64,000 bases of DNA from an uncultured Gemmatimonadales bacterium (GTDB lineage: Bacteria > Gemmatimonadota > Gemmatimonadetes > Gemmatimonadales > Gemmatimonadaceae): the NCBI GenBank assembly GCA_963851265.1, contig CAWKNZ010000006.1, forward strand, positions 111,053-175,052. The letters are read 5' to 3'. The notes below the pieces were generated by a model, which saw nothing but the letters and a program-made list of their open reading frames with translations, was not told where the DNA came from and made no database searches. Below, piece by piece: positions 31,154-40,833 of the stretch. Every line of letters begins with the position of its first letter. Positions within the stretch are counted from its first letter, which is position 1. A program made the position numbers and the translations under genes.

Positions 31154-33187
31154 ATGGCGGGCCTACGGGGTCGAACCACGGCGGCAATCGGGCACGCGGC
31201 GCCCACGGCGCGGTTCGGCGGGCCCGCGGCGCTGGCCGCGCGGGTCGGCGCCGTACTCATGGCGGTCACGGCGCTCGCCCCGGCGCTCGCCCCGGCGCGC
31301 GCGCCGGCGCAGCCTGCGGCCGCGCGAGCCGCGGCCGCGCCGGGTGCCCCGACGGAGGGTCTCTACCTTCCGCGCGCGGTCAAGCGCGCATTCTCCCGGG
31401 GCACGCGCTCGCTCGACGGGCGACCTGGCCCGCGCTACTGGCAAAACCGCGCGCGCTACACGATCACGCTCACCACGCTGCCTCCCGACCGCGCGGTGCG
31501 CGGGACGGAGCAGATCGTCTACGCGAACAACAGCCCCGACACGCTGCGGACGCTCGTGTTCAAGCTGTTCGCCAACATCCACAAGCCGGGTGCACCGCGC
31601 GAGGCGCCGGCGAGCCCCGATTATCTCACGTCGGGCGTGCAGGTCGACGCGTTCACGGTCGACGGCCGCGAGGCGCGCTGGGGCGACGACGCGCGCACCT
31701 TCACGGTGCACGAGGTGCCGCTCGCCACGCCGCTCCTGCCGCACGACTCGGTCCGCCTCGCGATCAGCTGGCACTACGACCTGTCGCGCGAGGCCGGCCG
31801 CGAGGGGATGCTCGACTCGACGACGTCGTACCTCGCGTACTTCTACCCGCGCGTGGCCGTCTACGACGACTACAACGGGTGGGACCGGATGACGTTCACC
31901 GACGCGCAGGAGTTCTACAGCGACTTCAACGACTACGACGTCACGCTGCGCGTGCCGGCCAACGACGTCGTCTGGGGCACGGGCACGCTGACCAACGCCG
32001 CGGCCGTGTTGCGCCCCGAGCCGCTCCGGCGCTTTCGGGCGTCGCTGACGTCGGACACCACGATCCACGTCGCCACGCGCGCGGAGTTGGCCGCGCACAG
32101 CGTCACCGTCCCCGCGGCGGCCGCCGGCGCGCCGGTCGCGTGGCACTTCGCCGCGACCAACGTGCCCGACGTGACCTTCGCCGTGAGCGACCACTACGTG
32201 TGGGATGCCGCGAGCGTCGTGGTCGACACGGCAACGGGCCGGCGCGCGGGCGTGCAGGCCGCGTACAACGACACGGCCGTCGACTTCCGCTCCATGGTGC
32301 AGTTCGGCCGCCACTCGCTCGACTGGCTGTCGCGCCACTGGCCGGGCGTGCCCTACCCGTACGAGAAGACGACGGTGGTGCAGGGCAGCGCCGACATGGA
32401 GTACCCGATGATGGTCAACGACGGCAGCACGCGCGACACCACGTTCTCGCGCTTCGTCGTCGAGCACGAGATCGCGCACACGTGGTTCCCGTTCTACATG
32501 GGGATCAACGAGACGCGCTACGGCTTCATGGACGAGGGCTGGGCGACGACGTTCGAGTACCTCATCGGGCTCGCCGACCTCGGCGCCGCGCGCGAGACGG
32601 CCTTCTACCAGCAGTTCCGCGTCGCGCGCTGGATCCGCGATCCGTCGCCGGTCGAGGACCTCCCGATCGTCACCCCGGGCGACGTACTCTCCGGCGCGGG
32701 ACTCGGCAACAACGAGTACGGCAAGGCGTCGCTCGGCTACCTGGCCGTGAAGGATCTGTTAGGCGACGCCGTGTTCCGCCGGTCGCTGCACGCGTTCATG
32801 GACCGGTGGCACGGGAGGCACCCGATCCCGTGGGACTTCTTCGACACCTTCGACGACGTGTCCGGGCAGAACCTCGACTGGTTCTGGCGCGCCTGGTTCT
32901 TCTCCAACGCGTACATCGACCTCGCGGTCGACGGCGTGCGGGGGACGCCCGGCGGCTACGCCGTCTCGCTCCGCAACGTCGGCGGCATGCCGGCGCCCGT
33001 GAACCTCGTGCTGACCTACGCCGACGGCAGCACCGAGACCGTGCACGAGACGCCGGCGATCTGGGCGTCCGACCAGCAGCGCGCGACGGTCACCCTCCGC
33101 ACGGGCAAGGCGCTCCGCTCGCTCGCGCTGGAGGGCGGCATCTTCATGGACGCGGACCGCTCGAACGACCGCTGGCAGGCGCCGTAG
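31154..33187 (+). CDS. Secreted M1 family metallo-aminopeptidase
   Basis: GGAGG RBS at 31143-31147; ADMEYPM, HEIAH...MDEG zincin motif and YGK. Confidence 0.9.
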   Translation: MAGLRGRTTAAIGHAAPTARFGGPAALAARVGAVLMAVTALAPALAPARAPAQPAAARAAAAPGAPTEGLYLPRAVKRAFSRGTRSLDGRPGPRYWQNRARYTITLTTLPPDRAVRGTEQIVYANNSPDTLRTLVFKLFANIHKPGAPREAPASPDYLTSGVQVDAFTVDGREARWGDDARTFTVHEVPLATPLLPHDSVRLAISWHYDLSREAGREGMLDSTTSYLAYFYPRVAVYDDYNGWDRMTFTDAQEFYSDFNDYDVTLRVPANDVVWGTGTLTNAAAVLRPEPLRRFRASLTSDTTIHVATRAELAAHSVTVPAAAAGAPVAWHFAATNVPDVTFAVSDHYVWDAASVVVDTATGRRAGVQAAYNDTAVDFRSMVQFGRHSLDWLSRHWPGVPYPYEKTTVVQGSADMEYPMMVNDGSTRDTTFSRFVVEHEIAHTWFPFYMGINETRYGFMDEGWATTFEYLIGLADLGAARETAFYQQFRVARWIRDPSPVEDLPIVTPGDVLSGAGLGNNEYGKASLGYLAVKDLLGDAVFRRSLHAFMDRWHGRHPIPWDFFDTFDDVSGQNLDWFWRAWFFSNAYIDLAVDGVRGTPGGYAVSLRNVGGMPAPVNLVLTYADGSTETVHETPAIWASDQQRATVTLRTGKALRSLALEGGIFMDADRSNDRWQAP

Positions 33188-34985
33188 CGACGCCGCCCGC
33201 CTTCACCCGCGTGGTCCACTCGCGCACGCGCTGCTCGAGCACGTCCATGGGCAGCGCGCCGGCGCCGAGCACCTCGTCGTGGAAGGCGCGCACGTCGAAG
33301 CGTGGGCCTAACGTCTGGCGGGCCTCGTCGCGGAGGCGCAGGATCGTCAGCTGCCCGACCTTGTACGCGAGCGCCTGACCCGGCCACGCGATGTAGCGGT
33401 CGGTCTCCGATTGCACCTCCGCGTCGGCCGCGCTCGAGTGCGCCCGAAAGAACGCCACGGCCTGCTCGCGCGTCCACCGCCGGTCGTGGATGCCGGTGTC
33501 GAGCACGAGGCGGATCGCGCGGAGCATCTCGTCGTCCAGGCGCCCGTAGTCGCTGTACGGGTTCTGGTAAAACCCGACCTCCTTGCCGAGCCGCTCGGCG
33601 TACAGCGCCCACCCCTCGACGTACGCGGTGTAGCCCGCCTGCTGGCGGAACGGCGGGAGCGACGGCAGCTCCTGCGCGATCGAGACCTGCATGTGGTGCC
33701 CCGGCACCCCCTCGTGGTACGCCGTCGACTCGTTGTTGATGGTGAGCTGGTGCGCGAAGTCGTAGGTGTTGACGAACACGTGCCCGGGGCGCGACCCGTC
33801 GGGCGTGCCCTGGTTGTACGCGGTCGACGCCTCCTTCTCGCGGAACGGCTCGACCGGCAGGATCTCCAGCTTCGCCTTCGGCAGCCGGCCGAAGAGCGTG
33901 GGGAGCTTCGCCCACATCTGCGCCGTGTAGCGGCGGTACTCGTCGAGGATCTGCTCGCGCGAGGTCGGGTGCAGGGCCGGGATCTTCACGATCGAGTCGC
34001 GGAACGTGCGGACGTCGGCGAAGCCGAGCCGGCGCGCGATGGCGAGCTGCTCGCCCTCGATGCGCGCGACCTCCCGCAGCCCGAGCGCGTGGATCTCGTC
34101 GGGCGTCATGCGCGTGGTCGTCGTGCGGCGCACGGCGAGCGCGTACCGCGCCGCGCCGTTAGGCAACGCCCGCGTGCCGATGTCGGCGCGCCCGCGCGGC
34201 GCGTACTCGTCGCGGACGAAGGCGGTGAAGCGCAGGTACGCGGGCAGCACGCTGTCGCGCACGGCGGCGAGCACGGCGGCGCGCAGCCGCGCCCGGTCGG
34301 CGTCGGAGAACTCCTTCGGCATCTGCGCGAGCGGCACCGCGAACGGCGTCGAGTCGGGCGCCTGGCCCGCGATGCCGCCCGCCTGCGTCGCCACCTGGGT
34401 GAGCAGGATCTTCGGCGGCATGAGCCCCTCCGCCATCCCCTCCCGCATCACGGCGGTCACCTGCGCGAAGGCCCGCGGCACCGCGCGGAGTCGTGCGACG
34501 TAGTCGTCGTAGTCCTTGACGGTCGCGAACGAGAGCGAGGTGACGAGCTGTGGCAGGTCGATGTGCAGCCCCGACATCTGCGTGACCGGCATCTCCCACT
34601 CGCGGAAGGGCGCGGCCTCCAGCGCGGTGCGCAGGTTGAGCAGCATCAGGTCGCGGTTGAGCCGCTCCTGCTCGGGGAAGCCCGCCGTGTCGATAGCCGC
34701 GAAGCGCGCTTCGAACCGCCGTGCCGCGGCGACGTCGCGCTCGGCGGCGGCCGCCGACATGTCGCTGAGCTGGTCGTTGTAGCGCTTGTCGCCGAGCACC
34801 GACGCGAATTCGGGCGTCGTCCGCAGCGTGTACTCCCACTGCTCGTCGAGCAGGGCGTGGAGCGCGCGGACGCGGTCCTGAACGGCGGGGGAGAGCGTCA
34901 CGGGCGGCGGAGCCACCTGTGCGCCCGCGCGGGCGCTGGCACAGGCGAGAACGAGCGCGGCGAGCAGCCGGGGAGTGCGCGGCAT
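33144..34985 (-). CDS. DUF885 family secreted protein (putative metallopeptidase)
   Basis: Signal peptide, YHEGVPGHHMQ, AYVEGWALYAE, RAIRLVLDTGIH and PGQALAYKVG. Confidence 0.9.
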   Translation of the reverse strand: MPRTPRLLAALVLACASARAGAQVAPPPVTLSPAVQDRVRALHALLDEQWEYTLRTTPEFASVLGDKRYNDQLSDMSAAAAERDVAAARRFEARFAAIDTAGFPEQERLNRDLMLLNLRTALEAAPFREWEMPVTQMSGLHIDLPQLVTSLSFATVKDYDDYVARLRAVPRAFAQVTAVMREGMAEGLMPPKILLTQVATQAGGIAGQAPDSTPFAVPLAQMPKEFSDADRARLRAAVLAAVRDSVLPAYLRFTAFVRDEYAPRGRADIGTRALPNGAARYALAVRRTTTTRMTPDEIHALGLREVARIEGEQLAIARRLGFADVRTFRDSIVKIPALHPTSREQILDEYRRYTAQMWAKLPTLFGRLPKAKLEILPVEPFREKEASTAYNQGTPDGSRPGHVFVNTYDFAHQLTINNESTAYHEGVPGHHMQVSIAQELPSLPPFRQQAGYTAYVEGWALYAERLGKEVGFYQNPYSDYGRLDDEMLRAIRLVLDTGIHDRRWTREQAVAFFRAHSSAADAEVQSETDRYIAWPGQALAYKVGQLTILRLRDEARQTLGPRFDVRAFHDEVLGAGALPMDVLEQRVREWTTRVKAGGVATAPASGRSSGPRP

Positions 34986-35144
34986 GACGGGAACGCAAGA
35001 GTGGGGCGTGAGGCGGCTCGCCGGGGCGGCCCGCCGTGCGGCGGAGGTGCGAAGGACGTGCTGAGCGGAATATGCGTCACGTCGCCAGCTTTCCACCGCG
35101 CCGCGCGTGTTCGACGTGCGGCACGCCTCCCCGCACGGCTTCTC

Positions 35145-36488
35145 GTGACCACGCTCAACGCGCTCCGCGTCCTCGCCCGCGGCGCCTGTCTGGCCGCCCT
35201 CTGCGCGACGCACCTCGCCGCGCAGGCGCCGGTGGATTCCGCGCTCGCGGCGTACATCGCCGGCGTGCGCGCGATCGACGCGCACGCCCATCCCATGCGC
35301 CCCGTCGCGCCGGGCGCGCCCGCGGACTCGGAGTACGACGCGCTGCCGCTCGACGGCATCCCGCCCGCCCCCCTGCCCGCGCGCTTCCGGCCCGGGCACC
35401 CGTCGTGGCGCGCGGCGCAGCGCGCGCTCTACGGCGTCACGCCGGCCGACACGACGGCCGCCGCCGCCGCGCCGCTCGCGGCCGCCGTCGCGCGCGTGCA
35501 GGCGGCACGCGGCGCGGCGTTCCCGGCCTGGGCGCTGGACCAGGCGGGCGTGGAGGTGATGCTCGCCAACCGCGTGGCGATGGGCCCGGGACTCGACGCG
35601 CCCCGCTTTCGTTGGATCTCGTTCGTCGACGCGCTGATGCTGCCGTTGGACGTCCGCGGCGAGGCGGCGCGCACGCCAGACGTGCGGTCGCTCTATCCGC
35701 GGGAGGCGACGCTCCTGCAGCGCTACCTCCGCGACCTGGGGCTGCGGGCGGTCCCGCCGACCCTCGACGCCTACGTGCGCCAGGTGGTCGCGCCGACGCT
35801 CGACCGGCAGCAACGCGCCGGCGCGGTCGGCGTGAAGTTCGAGGCGGCGTACCTGCGCCCGCTCGACTTCGACGACCCGGATCCGGCGCTCGCGCGCCGA
35901 GTCTACGCGCGGTACGTGGCGGGCGGCACGCCGACGCACGCCGAGTACAAGGCCCTGCAGGACTACCTGTTTCGCGAGATCGCGCGGGCGGCGGGGCGGC
36001 GCGGGCTCGCCGTGCAGATCCACGTGCTCGAGCAGTTCGGCGGCTTCTACTCCGCGCGCGGCAGCGCGCCGCACCTGCTCGAGCCGGCGTTCAACGATTC
36101 GACGCTTCGGGGCACGAACTTCGTCCTCGTGCACGGCGGCTGGCCGCTCGTCGGCGAGACGCAGGCGCTGCTCGCGAAGCCGAACGTCTACGCCGACGTC
36201 TCGATGATGGACCTGCTCGTGGAGCCGCCCGTCCTCGCAGGCGTGCTGCGGCCGTGGCTCGACGAGTGGCCGGAGAAGGTGCTCTACGGCAGCGACGCGT
36301 TCGACAACGGGCCCGCGCAGGGGTGGGAGCAGGCCGCCTGGGTCGCGTCCGCCAACGCGCGGCGTGCGTTAGGCATCACGCTCTCCGCGATGCTCGGCGA
36401 CGGCGAGGTCGACCGGGCGGGCGCCGAGCGGCTCGCGCGGATGGTGTTGCGCGAGAACGCGCGCGCGGCCTACCCGCGGCTGCGCTGA
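35145..36488 (+). CDS. Secreted amidohydrolase family 2 (TIM-barrel metallohydrolase)
   Basis: Signal peptide, IDAHAHP (HxH), QIHV, LVHGGWP and YGSD. Confidence 0.85.
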   Translation: MTTLNALRVLARGACLAALCATHLAAQAPVDSALAAYIAGVRAIDAHAHPMRPVAPGAPADSEYDALPLDGIPPAPLPARFRPGHPSWRAAQRALYGVTPADTTAAAAAPLAAAVARVQAARGAAFPAWALDQAGVEVMLANRVAMGPGLDAPRFRWISFVDALMLPLDVRGEAARTPDVRSLYPREATLLQRYLRDLGLRAVPPTLDAYVRQVVAPTLDRQQRAGAVGVKFEAAYLRPLDFDDPDPALARRVYARYVAGGTPTHAEYKALQDYLFREIARAAGRRGLAVQIHVLEQFGGFYSARGSAPHLLEPAFNDSTLRGTNFVLVHGGWPLVGETQALLAKPNVYADVSMMDLLVEPPVLAGVLRPWLDEWPEKVLYGSDAFDNGPAQGWEQAAWVASANARRALGITLSAMLGDGEVDRAGAERLARMVLRENARAAYPRLR

Positions 36489-36492
36489 GCGC

Positions 36493-36516
36493 GTCGCCCG
36501 CGACGGCGGGGTCCAC
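36493..36516 (+). repeat. Degenerate REP-like element (GTCGCCCGCGACGGCGGGGTCCAC)
   Basis: Shares the GTCG..CGCG..GCGGGGTCCAC skeleton with the 1314 and 47725 copies; lies between convergent genes. Confidence 0.5.
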
Positions 36517-36534
36517 CCGGCGGCGGCGCGTCAC

Positions 36535-38148
36535 TCAGCGGAGCGGCGGCGTGCTCGCCGGCGGCCGGCGGTGCCCGGTGGCCTGCTCGTACGCGTACGC
36601 GAGGCGGAAGAGGGTCGCCTCGCTCCACGCGCGTCCGAAGAGGGTGAGCCCCGCCGGCAGATTGCCCCGCGTGTAGCCCATCGGCACCTGCACGGCGGGC
36701 CAGCCGGTGGTCGGCGAGAAGATCTGGCTGTTGTCGCCCGCCGGCGTGTTCAGGTCGCCGATCAGCCGCGGCGGGTTGCTCCACGTCGGGTACACGAGCG
36801 CGTCGACCTTGAGTCGGTCCATCGCGGCGAGCACGGCCGCGCGCACGCCCGTGCGGAGCCGCTCCGTGGCGGCGCAGCCGGGGCTCGCCTCGGGCGCGAC
36901 CGTCGCGCGCTGGGCGTACGTGAGGCGCGGCTCGATGGACGGGTGAAACCGCCGCGAGCGGACGATCTCGTCGAGGGTGTGCACCGGCGTCCGCCCGCCC
37001 GTGCTCGCGAGCCACCGCTCGAGGTCGTACTTGAAGCGGTTACACTCGCCGGTCTCCGTGCGGAGCAGGGAATCGAGCCCCGCGATCGGCACGCTGTCGA
37101 GCACCGTCGCGCCGGCGCGCCGCAGGTCGGCCACCGCGCGGTCGAACACGGCGAGCACCTCCGGGTCGGCCGACGGCCGCACGTACGCCTGGCGGAGAAT
37201 CGCGAGCCGCGCCCCGTGGAGCCCGTCCCGCACGAGCGCGTCGGCGTAGTGCGGCATCGGGTGGGCGCGCGCTGCGTTCGTCGTCGAGTCGGCCGGGTCG
37301 TAGCCCGCGACGACCTGGAACACCGCGACCGCGTCGGCCACGGTGCGCGCCATCGGGCCGGCGATGTCGTAGCCGAGGTTGAGGGGGACGACGCCGGCGC
37401 GACTCGTGAGGCCCATCGTCGAGCGGATGCCCACGAGGGCGAGGTGCGACGACGGGCCGCGGATCGAGTTCCCCGTGTCGGTGCCGAGTCCCACCTCGCC
37501 GAGGTTGGCGGCCACCGCGGCGGCCGTGCCCCCACTCGAGCCCGCGGTCACGCGGTCGAGGGCGTAGGGGTTCTTCGTGTAGCCGGGCAGAATGGAGCTG
37601 ACGGTCTCGTACGGCGTGAACGCGAACTCCGCCATGTTCGACTTGGCGAGGACGATCGCGCCCGCGGCGCGCACGCGTTCCACCATCGTCGCGTCGCGCA
37701 CGGGCACGTAGCCCGCAAGCGAGAGCGAGCCCGCCGTGGTGGCGAGGCCGGCCGTCTCGAAATTGTCCTTCACGATCACCGGTACGCAGTGGAGCGGCCC
37801 CACCGGCCCGGCCGCGCGGAAGCGCGCGTCGAGCGAGTCGGCCGTGCGCAGCGCGTCGGGATTCTGCACGATAAGCGCATTGACGGCCGGCCCGTTCTTG
37901 TCGTACGCGGCGGTCCGCTGCAGGTAGCGCGCGACGAGGTCGTGGCAGGTGAGCGTGCCCGCGCGCATCGCGGCGTGCACGTCGGCAATCGTCGTCTCCT
38001 CGAGGCGAAAGGGCGACGGGGCGACGGCCTGCGGCGCCTGCGCGGTCGCGACGCGCGCGCTCACGAGGGCGGGTCCACTCGCGAGCGCGGCGTGGAGGAG
38101 GGCGCGCCCCGATCGGGCACGTCGCACGGCAACACGGGATGTCGACAT
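36535..38148 (-). CDS. Amidase signature family protein (probably exported)
   Basis: GPLHCVPVIVKDN (Lys), GSSGGTAAAVA (cis-Ser) and GTDTGNSIRGPS (Ser nucleophile). Confidence 0.92.
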   Translation of the reverse strand: MSTSRVAVRRARSGRALLHAALASGPALVSARVATAQAPQAVAPSPFRLEETTIADVHAAMRAGTLTCHDLVARYLQRTAAYDKNGPAVNALIVQNPDALRTADSLDARFRAAGPVGPLHCVPVIVKDNFETAGLATTAGSLSLAGYVPVRDATMVERVRAAGAIVLAKSNMAEFAFTPYETVSSILPGYTKNPYALDRVTAGSSGGTAAAVAANLGEVGLGTDTGNSIRGPSSHLALVGIRSTMGLTSRAGVVPLNLGYDIAGPMARTVADAVAVFQVVAGYDPADSTTNAARAHPMPHYADALVRDGLHGARLAILRQAYVRPSADPEVLAVFDRAVADLRRAGATVLDSVPIAGLDSLLRTETGECNRFKYDLERWLASTGGRTPVHTLDEIVRSRRFHPSIEPRLTYAQRATVAPEASPGCAATERLRTGVRAAVLAAMDRLKVDALVYPTWSNPPRLIGDLNTPAGDNSQIFSPTTGWPAVQVPMGYTRGNLPAGLTLFGRAWSEATLFRLAYAYEQATGHRRPPASTPPLR

Positions 38149-38250
38149 TCGGGCGAGCGTACGCAGTCGGCCCCGCTCGCGCAACGGAGGCGCGGGCGGG
38201 GCCGAAGCGAACACGTGAGTGGAACCGCGGCGGGAACCCCGCCCGCGCGA

Positions 38251-39033
38251 TTACGCCGCGCGCGACCCGCGACGGCGTGCCACGAGGGCGATCCCCGCGA
38301 GGCTCGCGCCGAGCATCACGACCGCGGTCGGCTCGGGGGTCGCGGTCACCGGGGTCTCGGTGATCAGCTCCTGGTACCCGTGGTAGTCGTCGAGTCCGAG
38401 GCCGACGCTATTCACGTCGGTGAGCACCGTGAACCGGCTCCAGTCATAGGCGGCGAACGCCGCCGTCCCGGCGAACGCGTCGGCCGCGGCCTCCCACGAC
38501 GCGACCGCCCTGGCCTCGCTCGGCATCGCGTAATCGTATGGCGCGAGTGTCGGCGCGAACTGTAGCCACATCGCGCCCTGAATCCCGGCGGTGTCGGTGA
38601 GCGTGTTGACCGTCGAATACTGGTCGACCAGCCACGCCGCCTTGCGGTAGCGCGTGAGCGCGTCCGAGACCACGCCGCCCTCGCGGGTGTGCGCGACCGA
38701 CGTGTCGGCGAGATTGTTCAGGTAGACGTTCCAGCCCGACGGGTTGAAGGTGACGTCGTGAAGCAGGTCGACGCAGAACGCGTCGATGGCTTGGTTGGTC
38801 GAGGGGGCGCCGGGTAGCGAGAGGAAGGTCGCCTTGAGGCGGCCGACGTCGGGCGGCCCGTACTGCGACGTGAAGGCGAGCATGCCCGCCTCGTCGAACC
38901 GGATCGTCGCCGTGCCGGGCGCCGTCTGGGCGTGAGCCGACGGTGCGGCGGTGAGAACGGCCACGCAGGCGGTCGCGGCGATCGTGGCGAAGCGGCGGAC
39001 GCGGGAGGCGATGGGGAGAGAGAGCAGGCGCAT
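38251..39033 (-). CDS. PEP-CTERM surface protein with thioester-domain-like motifs
   Basis: Signal peptide ending AHA-Q; C-terminal TPEP-TM-RRR; FCVD, IQGAMW and YQELI motifs. Confidence 0.85.
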   Translation of the reverse strand: MRLLSLPIASRVRRFATIAATACVAVLTAAPSAHAQTAPGTATIRFDEAGMLAFTSQYGPPDVGRLKATFLSLPGAPSTNQAIDAFCVDLLHDVTFNPSGWNVYLNNLADTSVAHTREGGVVSDALTRYRKAAWLVDQYSTVNTLTDTAGIQGAMWLQFAPTLAPYDYAMPSEARAVASWEAAADAFAGTAAFAAYDWSRFTVLTDVNSVGLGLDDYHGYQELITETPVTATPEPTAVVMLGASLAGIALVARRRGSRAA

Positions 39034-39407
39034 GACGAGTGGTTGGGCGGCGCGGACGTGGGAAACGTGTTTCGCCGACGACGTCGGCTCCGCGTCCTTT
39101 CCGAGGCAGACCGCATTCCGGCCACGTGCATCGGTCGCCCTCGAGTATCGGCCTCCAGGCGCTGGCGCGTCCCGGCGTTGTAGCACGTTGCTGGACAACG
39201 CGTTACGTCAACGACGTCCAACCGGCGCCGCCGCGCGTGCCCCGCGGCGTGCGGCATCCGCGCCCGCGGCGCTGTGGCGGGACTGCTACGACTGCGTGGC
39301 GGCGCGGCCTCACTCGAGCGCGGCACGCCGCGGGGCGACGCGCCGCGGCGGGTCGTGCGGACCCGATGCGGCGGGTCCGCGCGGGGCGGCCGAGTGCCGG
39401 CGCCGCC

Positions 39408-40646
39408 TTACGCCGTGACGATCGCGCGCGGGGCGTTGAGCCCGGTCGGCTGACCGCGCCTGCCCTGCTTCAGGAGCACGCGCGGCGCGGGCGCGAAGAA
39501 CTCGTTGATCGGGAGCGTGGCGACGCCGAGTGCGGCGGCGTCGGCGCCCGCCGTCGAGGGAAGGAGCGACGGGCCGGTGACCTTCCCGCCCATGCGCCGC
39601 GCGGGCAACTCCGTCGCGACGCGTTCGAAGAGTCCGGCGAGCATACGTTCGGGCAGCCGGCCGCCGATGACGATCGCCTCCGGGTCGAACAGGTACTCGA
39701 CCGCGAGGAGGAGATACGTGAGGTGCGCCGCGCCGGTGTCCATCCACGCGAGCAGCTCGGAATCGCCGGCGTCGAACAACGCCGCGAGATCGGCGGAGGT
39801 GCGCGCGTCGGTCCCGCGTGCGCGCAATCGCTCGTACAGGCGGGGGATGTTGAAGTGCACGCCCACGTGCTCGTCGGCGTGCGGGCCCGTGCCGACGCCC
39901 GAGAGCAGGTACCCCAGTTCGCCGGCGTTCCCGGTGGCGCCCGTGTAGGGCCGGCCGTCGATGATGAGCCCGCCGCCGAGGCCGCTGCCCACGAATACGT
40001 AGAAGAACGTGTCGATGTCGCGCCCCGCGCCGTACCAGCGTTCGCCGACCGCGGCGGCGGTGGCATTGTTCTCCAACAGCACGGGCAGGTCGAGCGTTCG
40101 GCCGAGCCGCGACGCGAGCGGCACGTCGTGCCAGTCGGGGAACGCGGTCGGCGTGACGACGTAGCCCGTGCCGCGTGGCGACGGGTGCATGAGGCCCGGC
40201 ACGCCCACCCCCACGCCGCACACGCGCTCGCGCGCGGCGCCCTGTCGCGCGATGAGCGACTCGGCCATCGTGGCCATCATCTCGAGGGCCTCGTCGGGCG
40301 TGGGCAGGTTGATCTCGATGTGGGCGCGCTGGCGCACCGTGCCTGCGAGGTCGACGAGGACGCCGGTGAGGTGGTCGCGGTTGAAGTCGAGTCCGATCGA
40401 GAACGCGCCGTCCGGATTGATGGTCAGGTCGGTCGACGGCGCGCCGCGCGCTTCGGAGCGGCGGGGGGTCTCGATCACGAGGCCCAGGTCGATGAGTTCG
40501 CGGACGAGGTTGGAGACCGTCTGCCCGGTGAGGGCGGTGTGCCGCGAGACGTCGGCGCGTGAGAGCGGGCCACGCAGCCGGACCGTCTCGTGGACGATCC
40601 GGAGGTTGAACTGCTTGGTGTGGAGCAGGTTCGAACCGGTGAGCAT
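39408..40646 (-). CDS. ROK family transcriptional regulator (XylR/NagC-like)
   Basis: N-terminal HTH (GPLSRADVSRHTALTGQTVSNLV), IGLDF, GVGVGVPG, LENNATAAAVGE, GSGLGGG and GNAGELG. Confidence 0.92.
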   Translation of the reverse strand: MLTGSNLLHTKQFNLRIVHETVRLRGPLSRADVSRHTALTGQTVSNLVRELIDLGLVIETPRRSEARGAPSTDLTINPDGAFSIGLDFNRDHLTGVLVDLAGTVRQRAHIEINLPTPDEALEMMATMAESLIARQGAARERVCGVGVGVPGLMHPSPRGTGYVVTPTAFPDWHDVPLASRLGRTLDLPVLLENNATAAAVGERWYGAGRDIDTFFYVFVGSGLGGGLIIDGRPYTGATGNAGELGYLLSGVGTGPHADEHVGVHFNIPRLYERLRARGTDARTSADLAALFDAGDSELLAWMDTGAAHLTYLLLAVEYLFDPEAIVIGGRLPERMLAGLFERVATELPARRMGGKVTGPSLLPSTAGADAAALGVATLPINEFFAPAPRVLLKQGRRGQPTGLNAPRAIVTA

Positions 40647-40738
40647 GGCGCGGTCGACGAGGGGGCCGCGGGAGCGATTTAGGCGGTCCCGTGCGGAAGT
40701 GGCTGCTTCCAACGCGGGGGTATGCTGCACACAAGGGA

Positions 40739-40759
40739 TTACAAAATCAACTTGACTAA
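40739..40759. promoter_or_regulatory. Candidate ROK operator (imperfect palindrome TTACAAAA-N5-TTGACTAA)
   Basis: AT-rich 21-bp dyad in the divergent ROK/PUL intergenic region, in an otherwise very GC-rich sequence. Confidence 0.45.
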
Positions 40760-40800
40760 TGGAGCGTGTCGTTCCAGCATTGTGACATCCCGAGCACGAT

Positions 40801-40833
40801 TGAACCGGTTCACGCCGTGTGAGACCGGTTCAT
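40801..40833. promoter_or_regulatory. Two LacI-type operator-like sites (TGAACCGGTTCA and TGAGACCGGTTCA)
   Basis: Perfect 12-bp palindrome at 40801-40812 and a near copy at 40820-40832, upstream of the mannan locus. Confidence 0.55.

Noticed and set aside
39034-39407. Sigma-54 promoter/PrsR enhancer or an ncRNA upstream of the PEP-CTERM gene
   Set aside because: No correctly spaced GG-N10-GC element or recognisable RNA fold; only a GC hairpin near 39359-39378.
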